Origin: Paecilomyces variotii | Lineage: Eukaryota | Assembly (NCBI GenBank): GCA_004022145.1 | Contig: RCNU01000003.1 | Reading direction: 5' to 3' (one strand) | Length of the DNA: 64,000 nt | Shown: positions 1 to 12,598 of the stretch, piece after piece | How the letters are laid out: every line of letters starts with the position of its first letter | How positions within the stretch are numbered: the stretch's first letter is position 1 | Position numbers and translations under genes: made by a program | Notes under the pieces: model-generated | Told to the model about the DNA's origin: nothing | The model's database searches: none | Seen by the model: only the letters and a program-made list of their open reading frames with translations

Positions 1-812
1 TCGGCGTCTCTGATCATCCCCGCCACGCTCTACAACGCCCTGACCGGCCTGAGATCTGATCATGACACCGATAAGAACATCCTCTTTCTCTCTCATGGCA
101 CTGCAATCATTTTGCTCATCATCTATGTGATGTACTTGTACTTCCAGCTTAAGTCGCACTCCGACCTCTTCGAGGAGGCGAACAACGAGGAATCGGACAT
201 TGAGAACCAGGAAGAAGGGCACACCGAGGAGCATCTGCTCAGTCCCTTTGCGGCTGGTGTTGTCCTTATTATCGTGACGCTCCTTGTCTCTGTCTGTGCC
301 GACTATCTTGTTGGAAGCATTGACAGCCTTGTAGAGAAGACCGGAATGAGTAAGACTTTTATCGGTCTTGTCCTTATCCCCATCGTTGGTAACGCGGCCG
401 AGCATGTGACGGCGGTGGTTGTTGCGTGGAAGAATAAGATGGACCTGGCTATCGGTGTCGCAGTCGGAAGCAGCTTGCAGATTGCTCTATTCGTCACTCC
501 GTTCCTGGTTGTGCTCGGTTGGATCATCAACGAGCCGATGACTCTGCACTTCGAGACCTTCGAGACAGTTGCCTTCTTTATCTCTGGCCTGGTGGTGATC
601 TTCCTTATCCAGGACGGCAAGTCTAACTACCTGGAAGGTGGTCTGTGTTTAGGACTGTATGTGTTATGATCTTGGCTTTTATGTCGTTACAGTTTGCTGA
701 CTTTTATAGGTATATGATCATGGCTATTGCATTCTACGTCTACCCGGATACCCCCAACAAAAAGGATCCCATCGGCGGACTTGCGAACGTCGTAACCAGA
801 TCCTTCCAGTAA
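1..812 (+). CDS. VCX1: Vacuolar Ca2+/H+ exchanger (CAX family), 5'-truncated by the window edge
   Basis: Alpha-2 repeat PIVGNAAEH and GSSLQIALFVTP motif. Intron 657-709 (GTATGT...GCTGAC...TAG). Last exon 710-812 reads YMIMAIAFYVYPD...SFQ*. Confidence 0.93.
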
Positions 813-1673
813 AGGCAAGCGGATACTATATGTGAAGGCCAGTGATTGAAACCTCACGTCTCTCATGTGTATCGATACGTGTGTTGCAATTCTGGGAGAC
901 ACTACACACTACTCAATCTTGTCTCTGTCGTGTCACTCTTTGGCATTTCTCACTCATTAGCACCTTGTACTTTGTTCCGGACCGGTTTGAATTTCTTCCC
1001 TTGTAAATTTGCGGCATCGGACACTCCACTATTTGATTTCCTCGGCTGGATCATTCGTTTGCAACGGTTTTTTTCTTTCCCGGGAAGCAGGGATTACCTC
1101 TGACACGGGAGTAACTATAAGCATGGATACTGCCTGGGGCTGCGCAAAAAAGAAGGTTCATTCACTCAACCGATATAGGAGATGATGCAGATGTATGTAT
1201 TTTAGATTGTTCAATTCATGACTTGCACAGTATCACAGTTGCGGGTTATACTTCGTGGCTGTTGATTTTTCCCGTACTATCCTGTTCCCTGATCCCTCAA
1301 GACATTAGATAAATCCTCGTTTTATCGGCACATAAATGACATGGGGATGATACTCTGCGTACCTTACCATTTAAATCGACAAAAGCTCGATTTTAGTTTC
1401 CTTGTGGTGGTAGTTGACCTAGGTAGTTAACATAGTTAGTTGGATCCTTGTTTCGTCATACGGCTGACTAAGCTAAGCGGAGCGGAAAATCACTCCCAGT
1501 TGGAAATCTCGGCGAAACTTGGAATCGATACTGCGGCACGCCTGCGCATCTCGAGCAATCAACTTGAGTGCTTCCTCTCCCATCCGCTCTGATCCTGGAT
1601 AGGAGAGGCTCAATTCCATCTTCCGTCGTCGACTTATTCGGAACGGACTCCTCAGGAGGATACGTACGCAACG

Positions 1674-2949
1674 ATGCCGCCCCGATTGAATCTGTTCACC
1701 GCACGGAGTGCAGTCTCCGCTCTCCGCCAGCCCTCCGCATTATTTTCAGGTTATGTCAATGCCAACAATAGCGCTGCTTCTTCTCGACTGTTTTCGCGAA
1801 ATGGATCTGCTCCCCAGTTCGCTGGGCTTGCGTCCTCTGGAAGAGCTCAGCGGAGGATGAACTCGTCCAACTCTGGTGCGAAGGACCAGGCTCAAGAGCA
1901 GCCCAAGGGCCCGACTCAGGACCCTTTGCCTCATGTCAACGAGGAGGCTGCGGCCATCGATAAGATTCTGAGCGGGAAGAAGTGTGATGGTTCTGCCCCG
2001 GGTAGTCCCGAAATGGAACATGGTTCGCCGGTCGAAGAGGTATAACCTGCTTCTATATGATTTTCTTTTTAGCTATCAATGGAGCTTCGCTGACGACAGT
2101 TTTGTCACAGATTCTGAGCCGTGACGAAGAAGCCAAGAAGTACGCACCGAAAGTATTGCAGGCTCAAATAAAAGGGTCGAAAGGCACCCGATCATATTCA
2201 ACTTCGGCCAGACTCCGACAACAGGAACTGAAGAATAGCGTGGCTGGCCCGGATGATCGGTCGACGTCTGTGGTCGCCAACATGATTGCACAAGCGACGC
2301 AGGAAGCTGTTGAGAGGCAGCCTGGTCTGAAGTTCGATATGCCTGAGCTGCCTCTTCCGAGAACGGAGAACTTTAGACATCGTTATGACCCCCTAGTTGA
2401 GCAGTTTACGAAGCTGCTCATGGAGGATGGAAAGCTGAGTTTGGCTCAGAAGGTATGATTCATCTCTAGGTGTTACTAGAAAAATGGTTGTGAGCTGGGG
2501 ACTAATTCTGCTTTCCTGTTTAGAACATGGAATACATCCTGAACCACCTCCGTAGCGCCTCGCCGCCCCAGATCAACCCCAAGCGCCGTCTGCTGCCCGG
2601 CCCCCCCGCTCCTCAGTTACCTCTTAACCCCATTCTATACCTGACTCTGATTGTCGACTCCGTCGCTCCTCTGCTCAAGATCCGACAACAGAAGGGTATC
2701 GCTGGTGGTGGTGCGGCTCTGCAGATCCCTGTCCCATTGGCTATGCGACAGCGTCGTCGTACTGCCATCAAGTGGATCCTCGACGCTGCAGACAGACGCC
2801 GTGACAGCAAACTGGCCGTGAGAGTCGCTAACGAGCTGACTGCTGTTGCTGAAGGCCGCAGCAGCGTGTGGGACAAGCGGGAGCAAGTGCACAAGATTGG
2901 TATTGCTGGACGCTCCAACCTCAAGTTGGTCACCCGCGGAGGTCGATAA
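1674..2949 (+). CDS. RSM7: Mitochondrial small-subunit ribosomal protein S7 (uS7m)
   Basis: Exons 1674-2039, 2111-2452, 2524-2949 join in frame. Arg/Ser-rich presequence. S7 motifs LLMEDGKLSLAQK, IPVPLAMRQRRRTAIKWI and VWDKREQVHKIG. Confidence 0.92.
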
Positions 2950-3498
2950 ATTTGTGGGGATTAATCATCAAGGACCGTCATGATCTGGAGTATTGACGGC
3001 AGACGGGTGCCATTTGTACGTTTAGAAGATTCCATTGTCTTCGGAGCAACTATTGCGTGTGTATATCTATAGCAGTGAATTGGTTCTATCGTTTGTGACA
3101 TCTCTTTTCGGTTCTCATTGCTGCGGTTCTAAGGTAGATCTGATCAGTTCCAATGAATATATCCCAAACAGGAGACATCCCGAGTGTAGATTATCTGAAA
3201 CAACAATGGCTGCGATGGGTCCAGCGCTAATAGCATGCTTCTAAGGACCATCATTCTAATTGTTATCTTTGCCGCACAGCCTCCCCCAGGTGGGAAGAGA
3301 TGGCACCTCACGGTAGCATCGAAAGAGGATGCCGGAATTGCCAGGCGACTGATTGGCCTATCTGATGAGGATGGCTGTATGTATGGTACTGTCATCCATC
3401 ATTTTTATGCTCAGCCCCGTGTAATATTAGTCATCTCTGCATATCAACCTGCTCAGCCCATCAGCCCCTCGCAGCCTCAGCTGGCCATATAAGCGTAG

Positions 3499-4807
3499 GA
3501 TTGTCCTCTACGATATCTGTTTCCTCATCTTCTTCACTACCAAGCGGAAGGGCTCTCCTCGCGCAATCATCACCACCACTGCCCCTGGGGCCTTTTTAAA
3601 GAAGCCCCAGCGATTCGACCATGTCGACCACCAGCGCTCAGATCAACGCCAGCGTTAAGAACATCGCGGGTTTCTTCAGACCAGCGATACAGGCCACATG
3701 CCGCAGCGTACCATAATTTCCAGCAGTTTGATTCTTCTTTCTATTCTATTGATTTTCTACCCCAGTCTCATCCGGATCTTCAATTTGATTTCTCTTCCGT
3801 CCCGTCTGAGCAATTAGATTGCTCGGGTCTTGCTCAAGGTCTCTGGGACGATTCGTATCTGGAGACACAGCAAGAACAGCTTTCTCAACCATCTTTATCA
3901 TCATTTTCTTTCGATCAGTTTGGTGTCTCGGATTCCCAAGATACCTCTTCAGTCCCTACGCCGCTTGATCAATTTCTTGCATCTGCGACTACATCTGTTC
4001 CTCACTCTGAAGCTGGCGAGGTCTCTTTCACTGGACTTATTTCATCTGCCGAGATCTTTCCTCAGGATTTGGCAGAATCACAGTCTTTCTCTGAATTTCC
4101 TGGCCAGTTTGATTCTTTCTGTTCTCCTTCTGAAGATCTCCTTTCATTGGCGAGAGAGGATTCTCACGAGGGACAATTGGTTCAGACAGAAGGTTCGTTG
4201 AGTGGTTTGAGATTTTGTTCTTGTTTCCTTTTACTAAAGAGTAGAGACAGAGCATCAAGATTTAATGAGTGGAACTATCCTTCAACAACCCACGTTCAAC
4301 CCGAGAGCTGAGCGCCTTTCACCCTCTCGACCTTCACCGAGCTGTCTCTCTTTCTCAACCTTCCAGCTCGGTAATCGACTATCAGCTAATAGGGACCATG
4401 CATCGTCTCTGACTTCTTCGCGTACTGCTGACCATTATCAAACTTCTCAAACTTCTGCTTCCGAAGCCCAGCCAACCAGTCCGTGCTATTCCTCATCTAA
4501 CTCAGCATCCAACCGTGAAACCGTTCTCGAGCCATCGAGGCGAGGCAAGCGGTCGTTTGACGAGAGCACGTTGCCTAGTACGAAAAGCGCGGAGAATTCG
4601 GAAGAAGATAAAATCGTTGAGAAAAGACGACGCAATACTCTTGCCGCGCGCAGGTTCCGTCAGAAGCAACAGGATCGAGTTACGAATCTGGAAGCGGAAC
4701 TGGCCATAGTTACGAAAGAGCGCGATGAGCTGAAGATGCTGGTTGCGAGGTATCAAGGGGAAACGGAGGCGTTGAGGAAATTAGTTGCTGATGGCAAGAA
4801 AACATGA
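3499..4807 (+). CDS. jlbA: bZIP transcription factor of the JlbA/IDI-4 (Gcn4/Jun-like) type; true start unresolved
   Basis: Basic region EKRRRNTLAARRFRQKQQDR plus leucine zipper in 4265-4807. Upstream frame is open 3499-4192 with an acidic/aromatic stretch and joins in frame via intron 4193-4244 (acceptor 4250 is also in frame). No in-frame ATG before 4265. The start coordinate is the frame opening, not a demonstrated start codon. Confidence 0.8.
3621..3716 (+). promoter_or_regulatory. Out-of-frame uORF (31 aa, MSTTSAQINASVKNIAGFFRPAIQATCRSVP) overlapping the bZIP gene's open frame
   Basis: ATG in good context (gaccATGt) downstream of TATAA at 3488-3492, stop TAA at 3714-3716. A second out-of-frame uORF runs 3698-3817. 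Confidence 0.55.
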
Positions 4808-6023
4808 TTCTCCGCATATGGATTGATAACTTTCGAAATAATATGATGGTAATACAATCTCATTCACTATTAAGGACTTTTTCCACCCACCAATGTAGTC
4901 CATGTCACTCGCCGTAACCTACATATCCTCGGGAAATCACCCCCTCTTCTGTATCAGAACAGTTAGCATCAATCCGCACAGAAACCACAACCGATAACTG
5001 ATCACCAAAAAGACGTGAAAATGCGAAGCACTCAGACGATGTCGGCCATCAACTCAACCCCGAAAAGCATTCTCTTCCTAGATCTTATGGGGGTTCCTCA
5101 TATGATAATGATAGTATAATCAGAAATGGTCTGTAATATCTTCATAGTGCCCCAGGGTCTTTTGTCCTTATCGGACAATGCCTCGCAATTGCGTTCATAT
5201 AGATATATGGGGAGGGGGTGCCTTACCGAGTAATATATCTGAGAGAAAAAACGGATGAATGATATACCTGCGAATTATTCTTATCATGAGAAGATGTAAT
5301 CGCGAAAGAATACAAAAGCAATATAAGACATCTAGGAGATTGTCTAACTAACTATATGTTGCTTACGATCAGTTTATACTGTTAATCTGTATACTACAAC
5401 ACTATTATAATAATAGCAATTGCTACGAGAATCGAAGTGATTACTCAGTATCTCTCATCTTTTAATTAATACTTCTGTAGTCATCTTTTGTCGAATGTTA
5501 CTCTTTCTTAGGAGTGTTATGTCTTGTGCGAATAGATGTTGATTCTATTCGTGTTGGATAGATAGTTAGTTACTGGTCCATATGCTAACCCTGCTAACAG
5601 TGACAGGGGTGATGAAGTTCGTATGGCTAGATGTGGTAAGTCGTCCTAGTATAATGATGGATTGCGAAGGATGAGCAATTCTTATTCTTATTCTTACTCT
5701 CGAGGTCCAGGGAGTAGAATCACAGTATCTAATTCGATGAGAAATATATCGAGTTGTCTTTCTTCGTCGGAGGACAGATAATATCTTGTTCTTTTTTTTT
5801 TTTTTTTTTGCAACTTAACTATCTACTGCATTTTGGGTATTCCGTGCCTGCTAACTATTCCCGTCTATTATTAATTTCCCAGGAAGCCTTGCATCTCTTC
5901 TACGCAGCAGCTGAGAAAAAAGTCCGCACAGCCTAACTAACTGCATAAACTTAATTACGGACGCTTATGCACAGTGTCCGTATTGTAAGGTGAGATACAC
6001 AGATTGAAACGGGATTAGCGCGA

Positions 6024-6032
6024 ATGAGTCAT
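6024..6032. promoter_or_regulatory. Perfect Gcn4/CpcA/AP-1-type site ATGAGTCAT
   Basis: Exact 9-bp consensus about 1.4 kb upstream of the SPX transporter ATG. Function not shown. Confidence 0.3.
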
Positions 6033-7389
6033 TCTTGCTCATCGTGAGTGATTTTGCGCTAAGCCTGTCTAGACTCGGGACTTGTGGGGATTGATGCATT
6101 GGGGTCTATCTTTAACTCATCTGGGACTAACTTACGGGATGTGCTATGTTGAAGCGGTGTCTACGGAGTAGAATACTATTATGTTCTCTAGATTGCGGAA
6201 GTCGGGAGAGTTGCTGTGTTCTGGGGATGCAGGACAGGAATAACTTGGAGCTGCTTGGCTGGTTTGAGTCTAGAGTATTGGGCCATAGTCTTACTGTAGC
6301 TTTTTTTGAAATACAGCTGTCGATATTTTGGACTCTCTATTTTTCTCCGGATGAAATAGAACAATAAGTCTGACTTCCATATTCGATTACCTGAAATGGA
6401 GACCAGACCTATCCTGTGATCTCCGTGGCTGCAGCTTTGGAGAGCTACTCCGCACGGTCATGCTGTCTTAGCCACCAATGATGTTGCATGGTACACCGAT
6501 CAATAAGAGTGAGATTTACCATCCCAGGAAGGGAGTTGATTTTAAACGCCTGGAAGATCCTCCATGGACTAACAGTCAATGTTCTCGTTCCATGATCACA
6601 ATGCTACTCTCTCTGTATGGAGTTGATTCATTATGAGAGAGAGCTTGGCCAGTGCTGCGGCGGCTGCCGGGATAGCGCGCAAGCTAAGAATGACAGTCAG
6701 CATGATTTCCGAGACAGCTGGTCTCAAGACCTCAGCACAGATGGATGTATCGAGTGTCATTGATATTATCCCCATTGAAGCTCACAGTCCAGCGCGGAGG
6801 ATTTGCGTTAGATACTTGAACTTCCGATCGCGGGGTCGCGGAAACGCTGCCGGCCTGTAGGTCGTGAACGTGGACAGCTCCTGTTCTGCTCTCGCCGCCC
6901 GAGCAAGACCGCAACTAACTAGCCTCAATCTGGGGTCTGCCCTGATAACGAATTCAAGGCCACGTCCCACCGCTACACCACCTTCTCCGCCCATCGCTCT
7001 CACGACCGGTTGATTCTTAATGTGTTGCGGAGAAAGTGGCACGCCTCAGGCTGTCTTCGTTCCCCTCCGCGGGTGCCTTCTCCGATCACGACGCTGCCGT
7101 GGCTCCATCTCCCACGCAGAGCATCGAGCTCGTCGACTTCGATCGGGCGCACACCGGTGAGCGCAGGCAGCTTGCCACCTTCCGGGATTCTGACACCGCC
7201 GAGAGACACGGTCCTGAGGTCGGATACAAGGATCGTCTGCCTGAAACAGGGCAGGGGCTTGGTCGTTCCGGACGCGGAGAAAAGGACGCAGACGACCTTT
7301 GTCAACAGCACGTCGAACGGAAAAGATACTGGGAAGAAGCAGTTAGACATCGCGTTCAGGTCGCGCGGGGCGAGAGAAAGGAAGCCAAA

Positions 7390-10260
7390 ATGAAGTTCTC
7401 CCACAGTCTTCAGTTCAACTCCGTTCCGGACTGGAGTGCCTACTACATTGGATACAGCAATCTGAAGAAATTGTACGATTGACAGACGACCCTTATCGCT
7501 CAATCGATACAGATGCTAACCGCACTCTTCTCAACAGGATCTACGGTCTGGAAAAGCAGGTCCACCAACCGGATGGACAAGATGCCGGAGATGTCGAATC
7601 CGCTCCCCTCCTGGATTCATCCATTGATACAGATACGATCTTTCGACGGGCTCTCGACGCGGAGCTGGAGAAAATATGCTCGTTCTATCAGGTCAAGGAG
7701 ATGGAAATCTTTGCTGAAGTCGAAGACCTGGTGAAAGACGAGCGGGCCTATGCTGCTGACACCGATGGCATCAACATGGATCCAGTCAGCGAGACCGTCA
7801 TCAAGGCGCGAGGGTTGAGTTTCAATTCGAGACAGCGGCCCGGCAGCTTCTATCGGACTCTGACCGTGGCCCGTGGTCGACGTGCAAGCACAATTAGTGA
7901 ATCTGCCGGTGAGGAGGAGGAGGGAGATGATGGTGATAGTGATGACGAAGATCAACCAGAGTCCCCGAACGGAACGAGACGAAAACGCTCCCCGTCTCGG
8001 TCTTCTCGTTATCGAGACTATGATCCCTCAGAGGGAAATCCTAGCGAACTCGGAGATTCGAGGCTGCTAGCAGACTCGAGGATTCTGGGCTCGGAAGGCC
8101 GGTCCACAGGTCGCCCGGCACTCCACGAAGACCACTTGCAGGACCCGCGGTTTATGATGCTATACAACGCCGGCGTGACACTGAAGAAACGGGCCATCAG
8201 TGTCTATGTGTCTCTCTGTGAGCTGAAGTCGTATATCCAGCTCAACAAGACGGGTTTCTCGAAGGCGGTGAAGAAATACGACAAGATACTGGATCGGAAC
8301 ATGCGTCGTCAGTATATGAACACAACGGTCTCTCCCGCATACCCCTTCACGGATGCGACAATGCGGAAGCTGGACGAGAATATTGCCCAGGTCGAGAAGG
8401 TATATGCAGATATTGTAACCAAAGGTGATGTTCGCCTGGCAAAGCGTGAGCTGCGTCTGCATCTCCGAGAACATGTGGTATGGGAACGGAACACCGTCTG
8501 GAGAGAGATGATTGGAATCGAAAGAAAGGCGCAGGCAGCAAATATGGGAATTCGTAGGACTCTGCTGGGCGGAGACCAGTCTCCTTCTACTGCTCAACGG
8601 CAAGGCGATGTGGAAGGGACTGAAATTACCGAACTCAAGACTCCTCTTGGTCGCTACAATGTCCCAGGATGGCTCTGCAGTTTGAGCTTCGGAACCCTGA
8701 TCGCTATTCTGATAATTTTCGCTGTGCTCCTAAACGTCCCGATTCTGAAGAAACCCGAACAACAAAATTGTCTCGCTATGCTGGTCCTTGTCAGCTTACT
8801 GTGGGCTACTGAAGTAGGTATCGCCGTCCCTTGCACTTCGACCCGTACTGACTAGTTACTGTCAGGTTATTCCCCTATTCGTTACTTCGTTGTTGATTCC
8901 TTTCCTCGTAGTGGTTCTGCGTATCATGAGGTCCGAGAGTAAGCCCCATGAACGTCTAGAGCCAAAAGCTGCAACCGCCGCGGTGTTTGCGTCAATGTGG
9001 ACTCCTGTCATCATGCTGCTGCTTGGTGGATTCACCATTGCTGCTGCGTTGTCGAAGTACGATATTGCCCGTCGGATGGCGACCTTTGTTCTCAGCAAAG
9101 CCGGCACAACCCCCCGGACCGTCCTTGTCACCACCATGTTTGTCAGTATGTTTTTGAGTATGTGGATTAGCAACGTCGCGTCGCCGGTTCTGTGTTATTC
9201 CATCATTCAGGTAAGCCCATGTACATTATACTCTTATTTCGACTTGCTAATGCGAGATAGCCTCTGCTTCGAAACCTGCCTGCGGACTCGAACTTCTCCA
9301 AGGCTCTCGTTCTAGGAATTGCTCTCGCTGCAAATATTGGAGGCGCTGCATCGCCCATTGCCTCTCCTCAAAACATAATCGCATTGCAAAATATGTATCC
9401 CAGTATCAGCTGGGGCACGTGGTTCTTCATTTCAATTCCAGTTTGCATTTTGTCGATTCTCTTGATCTGGGCACTCTTGCTCGCCACTTTCCATCCCGGG
9501 CGAGGCACCATCATCGTCCCCATTCGGCCCGTCAAGGACAGGTTCTCCGGCGTACAGTGGTTCATTACTATCGTCACCGTCGCGACGATCATCCTGTGGT
9601 GCGTTAGCCATCAGCTTGAACACATATTCGGTGACATGGGAGTCATTGCCATTATTCCGCTCGTGCTCTTCTTCGGAACGGGTATCCTCACCAAAGAAGA
9701 CTTCAACAACTTCCTCTGGACGATCATCATTCTCGCTGCCGGTGGCCTCTGTCTGGGCAAGTCTGTCACCTCGTCAGGTCTTTTGCACAATATCGCTGGT
9801 GCCATCACCGACAAGGTCGACGGGTTGAGTCTCTATGGTGTACTCCTGGTCTTCGCTTCATTAATTCTCGTGATCGCCACTTTTATATCTCATACAGTCG
9901 CCGCTTTGATTATTCTCCCACTTGTCCAGCAGGTTGGTGTTGGGATGAACGACCCACACCCGAACTTGCTCGTCATGGCCAGCGCGCTGATGTGTTCCGT
10001 CGCTATGGGTTTGCCGACAAGTGGATTCCCCAATATGAGTAAGTCGCCTTTTCAATCCGACTTCGTCCATTTTCATTTGTTATGTGGAGTATCCGCTAAT
10101 CCATCTACCCTCAGCTGCTATTATGATGGAAGTTCCCCAAACCGGCCAACGCTACCTCCGCGTCCAACACTTCCTCACTCGCGGTATCCCAGCCAGTCTG
10201 CTCTCTTTCGGTGTGGTGGTTACTCTCGGATACGGCCTCATGGTCGTGGCGGGCCTATAG
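7390..10260 (+). CDS. PHO91: SPX-domain low-affinity phosphate transporter (Pho87/Pho90/Pho91 family)
   Basis: SPX start MKFSHSLQFNSVPDW and LKSYIQLNKTGFSKAVKKYDK, followed by a DASS-like membrane domain (SMWISNVASPV, LPTSGFPN). Exons 7390-7472, 7538-8813, 8866-9210, 9261-10038, 10115-10260 are all in frame. Which yeast paralog it corresponds to is uncertain. Confidence 0.93.
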
Positions 10261-10723
10261 AGACGGTTTCCGTGCCCAAAGTCTCATGTCGCGTTTTCCT
10301 GTCATGTTTTCGATCTAATGACGACCTAGAATGCCTTGCCTGGATCTTGCGCATTAGATATATACCTACGCCATTTTCAATTCTTTTGTCTCTGATTGGG
10401 TACTGTGATAGCGATGTCCGCTTAAGCCGTCAATATATACTATACTACAGGCTTGGAAGACGATAACATGTTTTCCTAGGGATAATTATATTCTAGAATC
10501 TTTCAATATGCAAATCAATCAAAACCGAACCAGGATGTCTCGTCTAGTGCGGGGTTAAAATGCGTATTGCTATCCTAGGCGCCAAGACAAACAAAGAAAA
10601 GGAGGTCGGTGAAAGCCGTGTAATCATGAATCCATCCATCTCCTCTGCAGATCTGCAGTCTTTCTCTCTACCTCCAGATTGGCCTGGATTTTTTTTTTTT
10701 TCTCTTCCCATCAGTTAGCTACA

Positions 10724-12298
10724 ATGGCCTGCGCACTTCAACCAGAAATGGACCAGGCCACAGCAGATCTTCTTATCCAGCTGCAACTTGAAGATACGGG
10801 CCTTTATTTCGAAACGTCTAAAGGGAAATCCCGAGTTCTCACAGATGAAGAGTTAGCATTTCAGTTGCAATCCGAAGAGTTGACAAGCGTTTCCCAATTC
10901 CTCTTCGACAGGCGGATGGCTGTGAGTTTTGCAGCTGCAGTTCAAGCAGACGGGCAGATTCTAGTCGAGAATTCAGTGGAAGAAGAGCGCGTCGCCAAAG
11001 ATCGTGATATTGCTCGTCGCTGGAGAGAAAACGACCGTTTCGCAGCGACAGAAGATGCCCAGTCAAGCCAGGACTCGACGGCCCTCGATGATGAAACCCT
11101 AGATAAACTCCAGGTGTTATACGTCTCCGGCCCTGAACCTTTCTACGACGATATAAACAGCATTGAACCCGCCAGTAGCGAGGCCGAATCATCTTCTTGG
11201 GCAGAAAAGCGAAACCGCCAGCCATCTTCATCATCATCATTATCGCGAATACGTCGTTGTGTAGCTTGCAGAGAAGAAACAGACTTTGTTAACGTGGCCC
11301 GCGTACCCTGTCGTCATGAGTATTGTCGTTCCTGCTTGAAAGATCTCTTCGAGGCTTGTCAAACAGATGAATCCTTATTCCCTCCGCGCTGCTGTGGACA
11401 GCCCATCGTCATGAACATCGCTCGCATATTTCTCACACAAGACGTGGTGCAACGGTATGAGAAGAAGAAGATCGAGTTTGAAACCCCAAATAGGGTATAC
11501 TGTTACTCGGCCGAGTGCTCTGCCTTTATCAATACATCCCATATCGATGGGGAGATAGCTACATGCCCTGACTGTGGGTTGACAACCTGTACGAGCTGCA
11601 AGGGGCGAGCACATGTCGGTGATTGTCCGAATGATACTGCTATGCAACAACTTCTAGCTACTGCGCAGGAGAATGGATGGCAACGCTGTTATTCCTGTTG
11701 GAGAATGGTCGAATTGGAGCATGGTTGCAATCATATGACGTTAGTAACCCACTTCTTCTCTCTTCGCTGCTCCTGATGGCTAACTAAAGACGATGATAGC
11801 TGTCGATGCGGTGCCCACTTTTGCTATAACTGTGGAGAGCGCTGGAAGAACTGCAGATGTGAACAATGGGATGAACACCGTCTTCTTGCACGCGCATATC
11901 AGATAATCGATCGAGATCGAGAAGTGAACCCTCCTCCCATTGCCGACCCTCCTCTTCCGGATGAAGATCATCCTGAACTGGAAATTGGTGGACCTCAACC
12001 AGAAATTCATCAGCCTCAGCCAGACGAAGAGCCTCGCGCAACTGCAGAAGCAGAAGCAGAAGCACTACTACCCTTGCAGGAAAGGCCCGTCACTCACACC
12101 CAGACACCAAGAGACATATTGGTCGCTAGAACAATCCAGGAGCTCAAAGAGAACCACGAATGTGACCATGATAGATGGAAATTTGTACGCGGCCCTCATG
12201 TGTGTGAAGAATGCGTCCATTATCTGGATCAATATATCTTTGAGTGCCGTCAATGCAGGCTTCAGGCTTGCAATCGGTGCAGAAGGAATAGGTTGTGA
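10724..12298 (+). CDS. RBR (RING1-IBR-RING2) E3 ubiquitin ligase with an extra C-terminal Cys/His zinc-finger-like domain
   Basis: RING1 CVAC...CRHEYCRSC, PPRCC, IBR YCYSAECS...CPDC...CTSC, RING2 RCYSC...GCNHMTCRCGAHFCYNC across intron 11740-11799. Confidence 0.9.
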
Positions 12299-12598
12299 TA
12301 GTATCAACATGATTGGGGGGTGCTAATGGGAGTTTCTAACCTAATTAACTAGACTAACTGATGTAAGATTCTCGGCCATATTGATATTTTATGTACGGAT
12401 GGGTGATTATGTGTAGCTTGATAGAGGAATGATAGAAAGATTCATCATTATAAGCACCGCCGTTTTCAATTTGGTGTCGAAAAAGATGTCACTACCTCCT
12501 ATATCCCGTACTGTGGAACCTAGCAGGTTATACGTTGTTAGACATAACTTAATTCAACATCCTCGGGTAGCTAGTGTACAGTTAACTATACCTTGCAT

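Noticed and set aside
4810-6400. AT/TpA-rich spacer considered as a RIP-decayed repeat
   Set aside because: No transposon-like residual frame or repeat partner is visible, and RIP indices could not be computed.
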